Origin: an uncultured delta proteobacterium
Lineage (GTDB): Bacteria > Desulfobacterota > Desulfobacteria > Desulfobacterales > Desulfatirhabdiaceae
Direction of reading: 5' to 3'
Length of the DNA stretch: 64,000 nt
Assembly: GCA_963789395.1 (NCBI GenBank)
Contig: CAWBKP010000012.1
Location: forward strand, 64,001-128,000
Positions within the stretch are counted from its first letter, which is position 1; each line of letters starts with the position of its first letter. The notes beneath the pieces are model-generated. The model worked only from the letters and a program-made list of their open reading frames with translations, made no database searches and was not told the origin of the DNA. This document shows positions 21,964-31,547 of this stretch, piece by piece. A program made the translations under genes and the position numbers.

Positions 21964-22026
21964 GGGGGCGTCGGTCATGAACAAACATCATGACATTGGG
22001 AAAAAACAATTTCAAGGAGGGAGAAC

Positions 22027-22191
22027 ATGAAGCCGGAAATAGGACCGGAACAGCCTGAAATTCCTGAAATGCTGCTGCGTGCGGCCAGGGCCGCCGGATT
22101 TGGCGCCGGGCTTTCGCGGCGCGAGTTTCTCTTTCTTTCCGCCGGCGCCCTTACGCCGCCTTTCTCCAGGAACGTGCCGACACCGGGCTGA
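22027..22191 (+). pseudogene. 54-codon ORF with a twin-arginine signal; probable internally deleted exported-protein gene
   Basis: Strong RBS AAGGAGG; LSRREFLFLSAGAL Tat motif; 3' part matches 21234-21280. Confidence 0.5.
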
Positions 22192-22337
22192 TGATGAAAT
22201 CCTGAACGCGCGCGACAAGTCATGAACAAACCGTTGACGAGTCTCCTTGACTAAGTCTACATGGTCTCGCCGGGGCCGGCTGGGAGTGACGCACGAAACC
22301 AACCGCTTTTCTCGCAGATCCGCCCCAGGAGAAAAAC

Positions 22338-22376
22338 TTGACAATATGCCCTTTAATATGTACATTGCAGCGTACA
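22338..22376 (+). promoter_or_regulatory. Sigma70 promoter with a YefM-type operator
   Basis: TTGACA-17bp-TACATT; TGTACA (22359) and CGTACA (22371) hexamers 12 bp apart over the -10. Confidence 0.7.
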
Positions 22377-22393
22377 CTTAAGGAGATACCTTT

Positions 22394-22627
22394 ATGAAAA
22401 CAGTTACATGTACCGATTTTAGAAAAAAAGCTTCTGAATTTATAACAGAGGTGGAACATGGTGAAACGATCGTTCTGTTACGCCGTGGAAAGCCTATTGC
22501 CGAGGTAATTCCATTCACGGACCGGCATCAGCGAGCGCCGTCCTGGAAACGCCCGGGAATTGCCCTGCAAATTCAGGGGAGCGACCTTTCATCCGCCATT
22601 TTAAAAGAACGCGAGTCTGAACCGTGA
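22394..22627 (+). CDS. Type II antitoxin, Phd/YefM family
   Basis: MKTVT.TDFR..ASEFI..VE.GE.IV..RRGKPIAE. Confidence 0.9.
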   Translation: MKTVTCTDFRKKASEFITEVEHGETIVLLRRGKPIAEVIPFTDRHQRAPSWKRPGIALQIQGSDLSSAILKERESEP

Positions 22628-23043
22628 AACTTGTTTTGGATTCATCAGCGTTTGCCAAAAGATATATCCTCGAAGACGGCAGTGAAATAGTGGATCAGCT
22701 TCTTCAGGATGCATCACAATTGGCTCTTTGTGTTATTCTGGTGCCGGAAATCATTTCCGGGCTGAATCGAAGACTGCGTGAGCAGGTCTTGTCGCCGGAT
22801 GATTATCGCTATGCAAAAAAACAGCTTTTGAATGATGTTCACGATGCGGTTTTAATTCAAGTTACCCCTGCCGTCATCTCCAGGACTGTAAAACTCCTGG
22901 AGAATAATGCCTTGCGCGCCATGGACGCACTGCATGTTGCTTGTGCGCTGGAGTGGCAGGCAGAACTCTTTGTCAGTGCAGACAAAAGACAGGTGGAAGC
23001 TGCAAAGAATGCCGGGCTGCATTCGAAATACATCGGCCTGTAA
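22624..23043 (+). CDS. Type II toxin, VapC PIN-domain nuclease
   Basis: LDSSAFAKRY..E.GS, LRAMDALHVA and FVSAD. Confidence 0.9.
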   Translation: MKLVLDSSAFAKRYILEDGSEIVDQLLQDASQLALCVILVPEIISGLNRRLREQVLSPDDYRYAKKQLLNDVHDAVLIQVTPAVISRTVKLLENNALRAMDALHVACALEWQAELFVSADKRQVEAAKNAGLHSKYIGL

Positions 23044-23223
23044 AGTTTCTGGCATCCGCAGATGCAGGTGGCCAGCCTGGATCACGCAATGTGGTTCCAC
23101 AGGGATTTACTTGCATGATATACAGAAAATATTTTAATTGCCGCAAATGTCTTGTCAAGTACTATTCCATAATATATTGAAAGGTTGGAATGAGATAGGG
23201 GATTACATGATCTGAACGGCCAG

Positions 23224-23283
23224 GCCCATCAATCCATATCGAGCAGACGCGCCAACCGCGCGCTCCTCATCCGGGCGTTATAC
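23224..23283 (+). other. Degenerate integron attC-like site
   Basis: L'' ATCGAGCA / L' TCCTCAT with one extrahelical base, CGCG stem, 6-nt spacer, R' GTTATAC; R'' damaged. Confidence 0.5.
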
Positions 23284-23309
23284 GCATAGAAACAAAGGAC
23301 TGAGCACTG

Positions 23310-23877
23310 ATGGCAAACAATAACGGGAACGGGAAATCCCTCGAATCCTGGATCTGGGACGCCGCCTGTTCTATTCGGGGAGCCAAGGACGCGCCAAATA
23401 CAAGGATTACATCCTCCCGCTGATCTTCACCAAGCGCCTCTGCGACGTCTTCGACGACGAGCTGAACCGCATTGCAGCCGAGGTCGGTTCGCGCAAGAAG
23501 GCCTTCCAGCTCGCCAGGGCCGACCAAAAGCTCGTCCGCTTCTACCTTCCCCGGCCGAAACACTGGCCAAGCTGCTTGGCGAGGTGGAGGCGAACGAGGC
23601 CCGCAAAAAAGAACAGGCTGCCAAAGGAATCGACGGTTTGACGTATTTCGTCTACCGCATGCTGGAGGATGCAAAGATCGGGAACGCCGAGGCCGTCAGT
23701 CGCAGGATCCGGGAGGCCTTTGTCGAAACGCCGAACTGGAAATGCAGCGACGGCCAGCTTCGGGAGCTGCGCAAGAAGGTTACTTTTTCCATTTTTGCGG
23801 AATGTGACGACCTCGACGCGGTAACCACATTGGTGAACAATCTGTTCCGCGTCCTTGAAAAGGCAGAGCGGATTTAA
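23310..23877 (+). pseudogene. Collapsed type I restriction-modification locus: hsdM 5' end joined to hsdR 3' end
   Basis: LESWIWDAACSIRGAKDAP.YKDYILPLIFTKRLCDVFDDE (HsdM N-terminus) joins at ~23551 to AETLAKLL...PNWK..LRELRKKVTF (HsdR C-terminal-like). Confidence 0.8.
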
Positions 23878-23880
23878 TTT

Positions 23881-24210
23881 ATGGGCAATCCAGATACAAA
23901 GGCGGCGTTCAAGGAGCGGGTAGGCCATTGGGGCGGTAAACTCGATGTGGATGTCGTTTGGCTCGGGGTGCGGCCGATGAAAAACAAATGGGCCTCGTGC
24001 TCCACCAGCGGCCACCTGAACTTCAACGCCGATCTGCTCAACCTGAAAACCGAGCTGTGGGACTATGTCATTGTCCACGAGCTGCTTCACTTCTTTATTC
24101 CAAATCATGGAAAATTATGGAAGAGCCTGATGCGCGCCCACCTGGGCGAGTATGAGGCTTATGAAGCAGAGTTAAAGCAGATAGCGCACTGTTGTCGAAT
24201 ATTGGCATGA
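23881..24210 (+). CDS. M48/YgjP-like metallopeptidase associated with type I R-M
   Basis: MKNKWASCS..G.L.FN..L and DYVIVHELLH...PNHG. Confidence 0.85.
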   Translation: MGNPDTKAAFKERVGHWGGKLDVDVVWLGVRPMKNKWASCSTSGHLNFNADLLNLKTELWDYVIVHELLHFFIPNHGKLWKSLMRAHLGEYEAYEAELKQIAHCCRILA

Positions 24211-24277
24211 ATACTCCGGTAATCAGCTGATTTTTGCAATATTGCTAATTCATATATGAATATGAAGGATACCCGGC

Positions 24278-27271
24278 GTGATACAAGACGACATGGCTTC
24301 TTTTGAAAATCTGTTCGTGAAGTATCAAAACTTGCTAACCGAAAACAGCAATTTGAAAGAAGAAATCAGAATCCTAAAGGCTCGTCTGGACGGTGTGGAT
24401 CCGGGGATTTCGGTTGGCGAAAGCTCAGAGCAATGGGGTGAACCGGAGACGCCCCTTCATCAATCCGAAGCTAATGTTTCGCCGGCCGATATCAGCAATA
24501 AGTCCGACAGTGTTGAAAAGATCAAACTCTTCATGTCGCGCTTCAAGGGCCGGGATGATGTATACGCAAGGAGGTGGGAAAACAAAAAGAAGGGCACATC
24601 CGGCTATTCACCTTCCTGTGTGAATGAATGGAAGCCCGGCGTTTGCGCCAAACCGAAGGGGTCTTGTGCCGGTTGCACTCATAAGGAATATGCCGCTTTG
24701 GATGAAGCGGTCATCGATCAACATCTGCGGGGGAAAATTGTCGCCGGAATATACCCAATGGGACTAGACGACACCTGCTGGTTTTTAGGCGTTGATTTTG
24801 ATAAGGGAGAATGGCGAAAGGATATCTCGGCTCTGAGAGATGTGTGTGCCGAATTCGAAATCCCCGTTGCCGTTGAACGGTCTCGTTCCGGGAATGGCGC
24901 ACACGCCTGGTTTTTCTTTGAAAGACAACTCCCTGCAGCGCTTGCCAGAAAATTCGGGGCTTCCTTGATTACCTACACCATGAACAAGCGGCACGAAATC
25001 ACATTCAAGTCATATGACCGATTCTTCCCCAATCAAGACACGTTGCCAAAGGGCGGGCTGGGAAATCTGATCGCGCTCCCTCTGCAAAAAGAAGCGAGAA
25101 AGCTTAATAACAGTGAATTCATAGACGAAAACCTCGTCGCGTATGAAGACCAATGGTCGTTTTTAGGCTCTGTCCGAAAACTGTCTGACGATGAGGTGGA
25201 AAGGCACATATCAAGACTATCCGGCGGCAACGAATTGGGGGTTTTGAGGATAGATGAAGAGGAGGCGCCAAAGCCATGGGAATCGGTCAAGATCAAGTTG
25301 ACGGAAACCGATTTTCCACGACAGATCGAGATTGTAAAGGCGAACATGCTATATGTTCCAAAGACCGGCTTCTCTCAGCGGGGACTGAATCGGCTGAAGC
25401 GTCTTGCTGCCTTTAAAAATCCGGAGTTTTATAAAGCTCAGGCGATGCGCTTATCTACCTACGGAAAGTCGAGAATTATCGCGTGCGCCGATGAAACCCC
25501 TGATTATCTCATGCTACCCAGAGGGTGTGAGACGGACCTTAACGCGATCTTTTCCGAATATGGAACCGAAATCATCTGTATTGACCATACCTCTTGCGGT
25601 CGAAAAATCGATATCGATTTCAGCGGCACCCTGAGGGATGAGCAATCCATCGCCATCGACAAATTGCTCAACCATAACATCGGTGTTCTCTCCGGGACGA
25701 CCGCTTTCGGTAAAACGGTTGTGGCCATCAAACTGATTGCCGAAAGAAAAGTAAACACGCTGATCATTGTCAACCGAACCAGCCTGGTCTCCCAGTGGAC
25801 AAAGCGATTGATGGAATTCCTTGCCATTCATGAGACATTGGCGGCATCCGATACCGATGGTGAAAAGAAAAGAGGAAGAAAGAAAGTCAGATCCATTATC
25901 GGGCAACTGGGACAGGGAAAGAACATTCTTGGCGGCATTATCGACATAGCACTCATGCAGTCGCTCGGCAGAATAGGTGAGATAAAGGAACTCTTGAAGG
26001 ATTACGGCATGATCATCGTCGATGAATGTCACCATGTGGCGGCCTTCAGCTTCGAGAATATCCTCAAGAACGCGACTGCCAAATATGTATACGGGTTGAC
26101 CGCGACCCCCACTCGGAAGGATGGTCATCATCCAATCATTTTCATGCAGTGCGGTCCCATAAGGTACCGGGACGATGCAAAAAAACAGGCTGAAAAACGG
26201 CCTTTTGCGCATTATGTGATTCCAAGGTTTACCCCGTTTCGGGTTCCGATGGATAAAGATGAAAAAGATGTCTCCATCCAGGAGCACTACAGGGAAATAG
26301 CGGTAAACGAAATGCGCAATCGACTGATTTTCGATGATGTGACCCAGTGCTATGAGAACGGCAGGAATTGCCTCATTTTGACGGAAAGAACCGCCCATGT
26401 GGCCCTCCTCGCCGAGAGTCTGAAGAAGCGAATTCCCGGCGTGATGGCGCTAACCGGAGGACGGGGAGCGAAAGAAAGCGGAGAGATCTTTAAACAAATA
26501 GCCGATACCCCTCATGACGAGCAATTGACACTAATCGCCACTGGCAGGTACATCGGGGAAGGGTTTGATGCGCCGCGTCTCGATACCCTCTTCCTGACCA
26601 TGCCGATATCATGGAAAGGCACGCTGCAGCAGTATGCGGGGAGGCTCCACAGATTGTTTGACGGAAAGAAAGAGGTGCTGATCTACGATTATGTGGATGT
26701 TCACGTGAGAATGCTCGAAAAGATGTATCATAAGCGTCTCAACGGATATGCCGCCATCGGCTACAAGGCAAAAGGCGGGTTTACGGTACCCGATTCGATC
26801 GATATCATTTTTAACAGAAGCAATTTCTCTCCGGTTTACGTGAATGATATCCTATCGGCTGAAAGAGAGATCCTGATAGCAAGCCCCTTTGTTACACGAA
26901 AACGCACCGTAGAGATGATGCAAATCATAGAGGCCGCTTTACGGAAAGGGGTAAGTGTAACCGTGATGACGAGGCCTTCGCAGGATTACGGAGCAAAAGA
27001 TACGGCTATGCTGCAAGAAACTCTGGATTTATTGCAGGGCTCCGGTGTGCGTATGGTATGTCGCTCGAACATCCATCAGAAATTCGCGATAATCGATCAA
27101 AGGATCGTATGGTATGGGAGTATCAACCTGTTGAGCTTCGGCAATGCGGAAGAAAGCATTATGAGGCTCGAAAGCCCGAATATCGCCTGTGAACTGATAA
27201 AAAGCCTGGAACGGACCGGAACGAGTGCAAAGGGGAGTCAGGGATGTTCCTCGGATATTCGGATTTTGTGA
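24278..27271 (+). CDS. AEP primase-like (TOTE-type) plus SF2 ResIII helicase plus PLD nuclease fusion
   Basis: FKGRDDVYA, CWFLGVDFD and ERSRSGNGAH (AEP); GTTAFGKT, DECHH, LTATP and QYAGR (SF2); HQKFAIID...GSINL (HKD). Confidence 0.85.
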   Translation: MIQDDMASFENLFVKYQNLLTENSNLKEEIRILKARLDGVDPGISVGESSEQWGEPETPLHQSEANVSPADISNKSDSVEKIKLFMSRFKGRDDVYARRWENKKKGTSGYSPSCVNEWKPGVCAKPKGSCAGCTHKEYAALDEAVIDQHLRGKIVAGIYPMGLDDTCWFLGVDFDKGEWRKDISALRDVCAEFEIPVAVERSRSGNGAHAWFFFERQLPAALARKFGASLITYTMNKRHEITFKSYDRFFPNQDTLPKGGLGNLIALPLQKEARKLNNSEFIDENLVAYEDQWSFLGSVRKLSDDEVERHISRLSGGNELGVLRIDEEEAPKPWESVKIKLTETDFPRQIEIVKANMLYVPKTGFSQRGLNRLKRLAAFKNPEFYKAQAMRLSTYGKSRIIACADETPDYLMLPRGCETDLNAIFSEYGTEIICIDHTSCGRKIDIDFSGTLRDEQSIAIDKLLNHNIGVLSGTTAFGKTVVAIKLIAERKVNTLIIVNRTSLVSQWTKRLMEFLAIHETLAASDTDGEKKRGRKKVRSIIGQLGQGKNILGGIIDIALMQSLGRIGEIKELLKDYGMIIVDECHHVAAFSFENILKNATAKYVYGLTATPTRKDGHHPIIFMQCGPIRYRDDAKKQAEKRPFAHYVIPRFTPFRVPMDKDEKDVSIQEHYREIAVNEMRNRLIFDDVTQCYENGRNCLILTERTAHVALLAESLKKRIPGVMALTGGRGAKESGEIFKQIADTPHDEQLTLIATGRYIGEGFDAPRLDTLFLTMPISWKGTLQQYAGRLHRLFDGKKEVLIYDYVDVHVRMLEKMYHKRLNGYAAIGYKAKGGFTVPDSIDIIFNRSNFSPVYVNDILSAEREILIASPFVTRKRTVEMMQIIEAALRKGVSVTVMTRPSQDYGAKDTAMLQETLDLLQGSGVRMVCRSNIHQKFAIIDQRIVWYGSINLLSFGNAEESIMRLESPNIACELIKSLERTGTSAKGSQGCSSDIRIL

Positions 27272-27309
27272 CTTTGTGAAAGTTCTTCAGATTATAAGTT
27301 TCTTGATTT

Positions 27310-27360
27310 TTCCAACCAGTCGTTCCAGCGGATAAACCGCTGAACTAATTCATGTTATAG
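27310..27360 (+). other. Integron attC-like site
   Basis: R'' TTCCAAC, 5-nt spacer, GTTC(C)AGCGG pairing with CCGCTGAAC (one extrahelical base), R' GTTATAG. Confidence 0.65.
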
Positions 27361-27536
27361 CCCTGTAATTCCGGGGACATCCATGATAAGTATTGTCAAG
27401 ATAAAAATAATACTTATCCTCCCCAACCCCAACTTCACATCTGTCCGGCGGTAAAATATTTCTTCACAGGTGCTTTACGCCTCACCATATTGGGGGGGCT
27501 TTTCTATAACGTGTCAAAAAGACCGGAATCTTTATT

Positions 27537-28250
27537 TCAAACACATCGAACCACTTCAGCGATAGCCTTCATGCGTTCAATGATCAACAGCAGTCGGTCT
27601 TGGCTGGCAGTGTCGGGAGGGAGATACCCCGGCAATGCGTCTAAAAAATTTATATCCTGTAACAGCTCCAGGAAGTAATCTCCGATATAACAGCGCAGAT
27701 CCGGTTCAGCTTTTCTGACCTCTATAACTACTTCGGCCCTTCCATCTAGAACAGCCACTAAATCTTCAATATCATAGCTTAAATGAAAATCCCCCTTGCC
27801 ACGGTAATTGAAAGCCTCGATCTTGGTAGCCAGGAAATAGGGCGCTGGTAACAACCGAATTCGTTTGCCCGATGGTAGTGTGGCCCAGTTTGCCGCACGA
27901 AATGCTTTAGCAAACCAACGGTTTCCAAATCCCAATACTGCCGGATCTGTGGGCATAACGTCCAAAACAAGCAATTCAGTTCTCCATCTACAGATTGGTG
28001 CTCCTGGTCTTGAATCCTCGGTCAAGCCGAGTTGTCGCAGTTTGTCAGTGAAACGGTAGTACTCTACGAGACTGGCAACCTCGACGATAAAGTCGACATC
28101 CAGCGTGACCCGAAAAAGCGGGGCTGCGGAATCTGTCACCAGCAGTCCTGTGGTGCAGCCTCCAAGGAATACAACATCATCGGCCAATGGGCCAAGGAGC
28201 TTTACGGCTGTTTCAAGAATTTCAAGGTTCGGATTGTAACTTGCCGGCAT
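27537..28250 (-). CDS. Nucleotidyltransferase-like protein (AbiEii / type IV toxin-like)
   Basis: VFLGG, T.DVD, LDVMP, FLATKIEAF..RG..D and DIEDL. Confidence 0.7.
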   Translation of the reverse strand: MPASYNPNLEILETAVKLLGPLADDVVFLGGCTTGLLVTDSAAPLFRVTLDVDFIVEVASLVEYYRFTDKLRQLGLTEDSRPGAPICRWRTELLVLDVMPTDPAVLGFGNRWFAKAFRAANWATLPSGKRIRLLPAPYFLATKIEAFNYRGKGDFHLSYDIEDLVAVLDGRAEVVIEVRKAEPDLRCYIGDYFLELLQDINFLDALPGYLPPDTASQDRLLLIIERMKAIAEVVRCV

Positions 28251-28764
28251 ATTCGCCTAACCTTGTTTGTATTTCCTTGGAAGCCACATCTCTTTCCCTG
28301 GCGCGTCCGCCGCGAATCGCATCGACAAGCACGAGCAGTTCGTAGAGACGACCATCTTCGCGTGCTGCTTTGGGTACTGATTTGTACAGCGGTGAAAATG
28401 CCTGGCCACGGACATCTCCATCCGGGTCAGGCCAGACCGGCGGCGGTTCGTCAATTTTGGCGAAATGCTTTACAAGCGGCTCTGCCGCATAGCCCGTCGG
28501 CATTCCCCGGGTCAGCTCACCAAGGTCAGGCACAAAAATGTACTTGAGTCCATGAATCAAAAACTCCTCGAAGTTTCGAACATTGGGTCTGGCGTGATTC
28601 CGGCGCATGACAGCCAGGTGTGCTTTCAAAGCACGTTTGATTCCGGCATGAACTTCCGCTGGACTCATGCCCAAGGACACAGCGATCCGGTTGTACGACC
28701 AGGATTCATCGTCAATTGTCATCAGTTTTAGCAGGACGAGAACATCCTGAGCCTTGAGAACCAT
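28222..28764 (-). CDS. HTH protein, putative AbiEi-like antitoxin/regulator
   Basis: LKAQDVLVLLKL, helix-turn-helix SYNRIAVSLGMSPAEVH, HGLKY.F and PLYKSVP; overlaps the nucleotidyltransferase gene. Confidence 0.7.
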   Translation of the reverse strand: MVLKAQDVLVLLKLMTIDDESWSYNRIAVSLGMSPAEVHAGIKRALKAHLAVMRRNHARPNVRNFEEFLIHGLKYIFVPDLGELTRGMPTGYAAEPLVKHFAKIDEPPPVWPDPDGDVRGQAFSPLYKSVPKAAREDGRLYELLVLVDAIRGGRARERDVASKEIQTRLGEYAGKLQSEP

Positions 28765-28770
28765 GTTATC

Positions 28771-28808
28771 TCCTCGCATTCTTTATTCGCGAATCACGAA
28801 TGCGAGGA
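28771..28808. promoter_or_regulatory. Inverted repeat covering the RBS of the AbiE-like operon (operator or RNA hairpin)
   Basis: TCCTCGCATTC ... GAATGCGAGGA 11-bp IR with central palindrome ATTCGCGAAT. Confidence 0.6.
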
Positions 28809-28993
28809 TAGCCAAATGGCTTTTTCGAGTCAAGAAAAAAAGTGTGCTGATAGGGAAGGTGATCAACCCAAAATGATATGACGATGCCCTTTTTTGTTAA
28901 AAATTGACATGCATGATCACAGCGTCGCTATGCGGCCTGAAAAATGTCGACCTGATGGCCGAATTCGGCGGCGGGTCGGGTTTTACTCATTAA

Positions 28994-29051
28994 ATCGTTA
29001 TTTATGACGATAAATTGCATAAATTCATTGTAGATCGTCATATTTTACGAT
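28994..29051. promoter_or_regulatory. Two HipB-type operator palindromes
   Basis: ATCGT-N8-ACGAT at 28994-29011 and 29034-29051, upstream of hipB. Confidence 0.65.
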
Positions 29052-29078
29052 ATATAACCTCCTATTAAAGGAGGATTA

Positions 29079-29429
29079 TTGGTGAAGATTGAAGGATTAT
29101 TGACCGACGAGGCGATTCTGGCGGAGCTGGGCGGGCGCCTTGCGCAGCGTCGGCTGGAACTTCAGCTTACGCAAGAGATGCTGGCGGAACAGGCGGGCTT
29201 ATCGAAGCGGACGGTAGAGCGTATCGAGGCCGGGGCCACGACGCAAATGTCGACGTTGATCCGGATTCTGCGGGTATTGGAGCTGTTGGATCGGCTGGAA
29301 ACACTGGCGCCGGAGGCCGGGCCGCGTCCGATGGACCTGGTCAGGCTGAAGGGCAAGGCGCGCAAGCGGGCCAGCGGCAAGAGAAAGTCTACGGACAAGG
29401 AGCCGTGGCGGTGGGGTGACGAAACGTGA
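29079..29429 (+). CDS. hipB: XRE HTH antitoxin, HipB-like
   Basis: RRLELQLTQ..LAEQAGLSKRTVERIEAG; overlaps the hipA start. Confidence 0.8.
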   Translation: MVKIEGLLTDEAILAELGGRLAQRRLELQLTQEMLAEQAGLSKRTVERIEAGATTQMSTLIRILRVLELLDRLETLAPEAGPRPMDLVRLKGKARKRASGKRKSTDKEPWRWGDET

Positions 29430-30733
29430 GCACGACGGCGAAGGTAAACCTGTGGGGTCGCACGATCGGCGCGGTGTCGCTGGAAGACGGGGCCGCGGCC
29501 GCGACGTTTGAATATGACCCGGCGTTTATCAGGAGCGGCATCGAGGTGGCCCCGCTGATGATGCCGCTATCCGGCCGGCTCTACGCCTTTCCGTCGCTGC
29601 GACCGGAAACCTTCCACGGTCTGCCGGGGCTTTTGGCGGATTCTTTGCCGGACCGGTTCGGCAATGCGTTGATCGATGCCTGGCTTGCCCGGTCCGGACG
29701 CATGCCGGAATCGTTCAATGCGGTGGAGCGCCTCTGTTATACGGGGTCGCGCGGCATGGGTGCGCTGGAGTATGCGCCGGCAATCCGATTGGCCGGACCC
29801 GGCGCCTTCCGTATCGAAGTCGACAAGCTGGTAGCGCTGGCTTCGGAGGTTTTGACCCATCGCAACAACCTGCAGGGCTGGCTTAACGGGGAGGGGAAGA
29901 AATCGGCACTGCGGGAGATTCTGCGGGTCGGTACTTCCGCGGGCGGGGCGCGAGCCAAGGCGGTGATCGCCTGGAATCCGGAAACGAACGAAGTCCGATC
30001 CGGGCAGGTGAAGGCAGGCAGCGGGTTTGAATACTGGCTGATGAAGTTCGACGGGGTCAGCGGCAACAAGGATAAGGAGCTGGAGGACCCGAAGGGATAC
30101 GGTGCGATTGAGTATGCTTATTACAGGATGGCGGCAGATGCGGGAATCACCATGGGTCCGTGCCGCCTGTTCGAGGAGAACGGGCGCCGCCATTTCATGA
30201 CGAAGCGGTTCGACCGGTTGGATGACGGCGGCAAGCTGCACATGCAGTCGCTTTGCGGGATGGCGCATTATGATTTCAACCAGGCAGGCGCATACGGCTA
30301 CGAGCAGGCATTGCAGGTAATCCGACGGCTGGGGTTGCCGATGGCTGCCATCGAGGAGCAGTTCCGGCGGATGGTTTTCAACATCGTGGCCCGTAACCAG
30401 GATGATCACGTAAAGAACATTGCCTTCCTGATGGACCGGTCGGGAAACTGGTCACTCTCACCCGCGTTTGACATGACCTACAGCTATCAACCGGGCGGTA
30501 AATGGACATCGCTTCATCAAATGACGATGAACGGCAAGCGGAGCGGATTTACTCTGGAGGATTTCAAAGCGTGTGCAAACAGCGCTTCGATGAAGCGCGG
30601 GCGTGCGGAAACGATCGTTGATGAAGTGAGGGCTGTTGTTGCGCGATGGCGGGACTATGCGGATGCGTTGCGCGTAAATCCGGCGCAGCGGGACAAGATA
30701 CAAGCTGCCCTGAGACTGAAACCTTTTCAATGA
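29426..30733 (+). CDS. hipA: HipA family kinase toxin
   Basis: [30 protein letters not shown] and LSPAFD. Confidence 0.92.
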   Translation: MSTTAKVNLWGRTIGAVSLEDGAAAATFEYDPAFIRSGIEVAPLMMPLSGRLYAFPSLRPETFHGLPGLLADSLPDRFGNALIDAWLARSGRMPESFNAVERLCYTGSRGMGALEYAPAIRLAGPGAFRIEVDKLVALASEVLTHRNNLQGWLNGEGKKSALREILRVGTSAGGARAKAVIAWNPETNEVRSGQVKAGSGFEYWLMKFDGVSGNKDKELEDPKGYGAIEYAYYRMAADAGITMGPCRLFEENGRRHFMTKRFDRLDDGGKLHMQSLCGMAHYDFNQAGAYGYEQALQVIRRLGLPMAAIEEQFRRMVFNIVARNQDDHVKNIAFLMDRSGNWSLSPAFDMTYSYQPGGKWTSLHQMTMNGKRSGFTLEDFKACANSASMKRGRAETIVDEVRAVVARWRDYADALRVNPAQRDKIQAALRLKPFQ

Positions 30734-30759
30734 AGAATTCGGAATTAGGAGATTTTATT

Positions 30760-31482
30760 GTGGTTGAATCCAAAGTCGCTGTGGTCACGGGCGGAGCGCA
30801 GGGCATCGGCAAGGCGATATGTGATGCTTTTGTCAAACGGGGTGTTTCCGTCTGCGCCATTGATCTGCAAGATAACGACTACTTTGTCGGAGACATTGCC
30901 GACGAAAAGGTGCTTAGAGCCTTTGCATCCAAGGTGATTTCAGATTATGGCGCCATTGACTATCTGATCAACAATGCATGCCTGTCGCGGGGCGGTCTTG
31001 AGACATGTTCCTATGAAGATTTTAATTACGTATTGCGGGTTGGAATTACAGCTCCCTTTCTTTTAACCCAGTTGTTTTGTGATCATTTGAACACGCCGGC
31101 AAGCATTGTGAATATTTCTTCCACCCGCCATCTGATGAGCCAGGCCGATACCGAAAGCTATACAGCCGCCAAGGGCGGCATCACCGCCCTGACCCATGCA
31201 ATGGCCATTACGCTGGCTGGAAAAGCACGGGTGAATTCCATTTCCCCGGGCTGGATCGACACCACCAACACGCAATTCGACGGCCCCGATGCAAGTCAGC
31301 ACCCTGTGGGTCGCGTGGGCGCTCCTTCAGACATTGTCCATGCCGTTATGTTCTTGTGCGATCCCCAAAGCAGTTTCATTACCGGACAGAACATCACCGT
31401 AGACGGCGGCATGACAAAACTGATGGTCTATCACAACGATTTTGGATGGACTTATCAATCAGAAACAAAATACCAACAATAA
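30760..31482 (+). CDS. SDR family oxidoreductase
   Basis: [16 protein letters not shown] and VNSISPG; RBS AGGAG before GTG at 30760. Confidence 0.9.
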   Translation: MVESKVAVVTGGAQGIGKAICDAFVKRGVSVCAIDLQDNDYFVGDIADEKVLRAFASKVISDYGAIDYLINNACLSRGGLETCSYEDFNYVLRVGITAPFLLTQLFCDHLNTPASIVNISSTRHLMSQADTESYTAAKGGITALTHAMAITLAGKARVNSISPGWIDTTNTQFDGPDASQHPVGRVGAPSDIVHAVMFLCDPQSSFITGQNITVDGGMTKLMVYHNDFGWTYQSETKYQQ

Positions 31483-31519
31483 AATGCACCGGATATCCCG
31501 GTGATTTTCATGGTCGGGC
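31471..31519 (+). other. Integron attC-like site with mutated core (GTC)
   Basis: R'' TACCAAC, 5-nt spacer, L'' AAT(G)CACC / L' GGTGATT, 6-nt spacer, R' GTCGGGC; the SDR stop codon lies inside it. Confidence 0.65.
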
Positions 31520-31547
31520 CCTTTGAAAATACAGAGAGGAGAGCACG

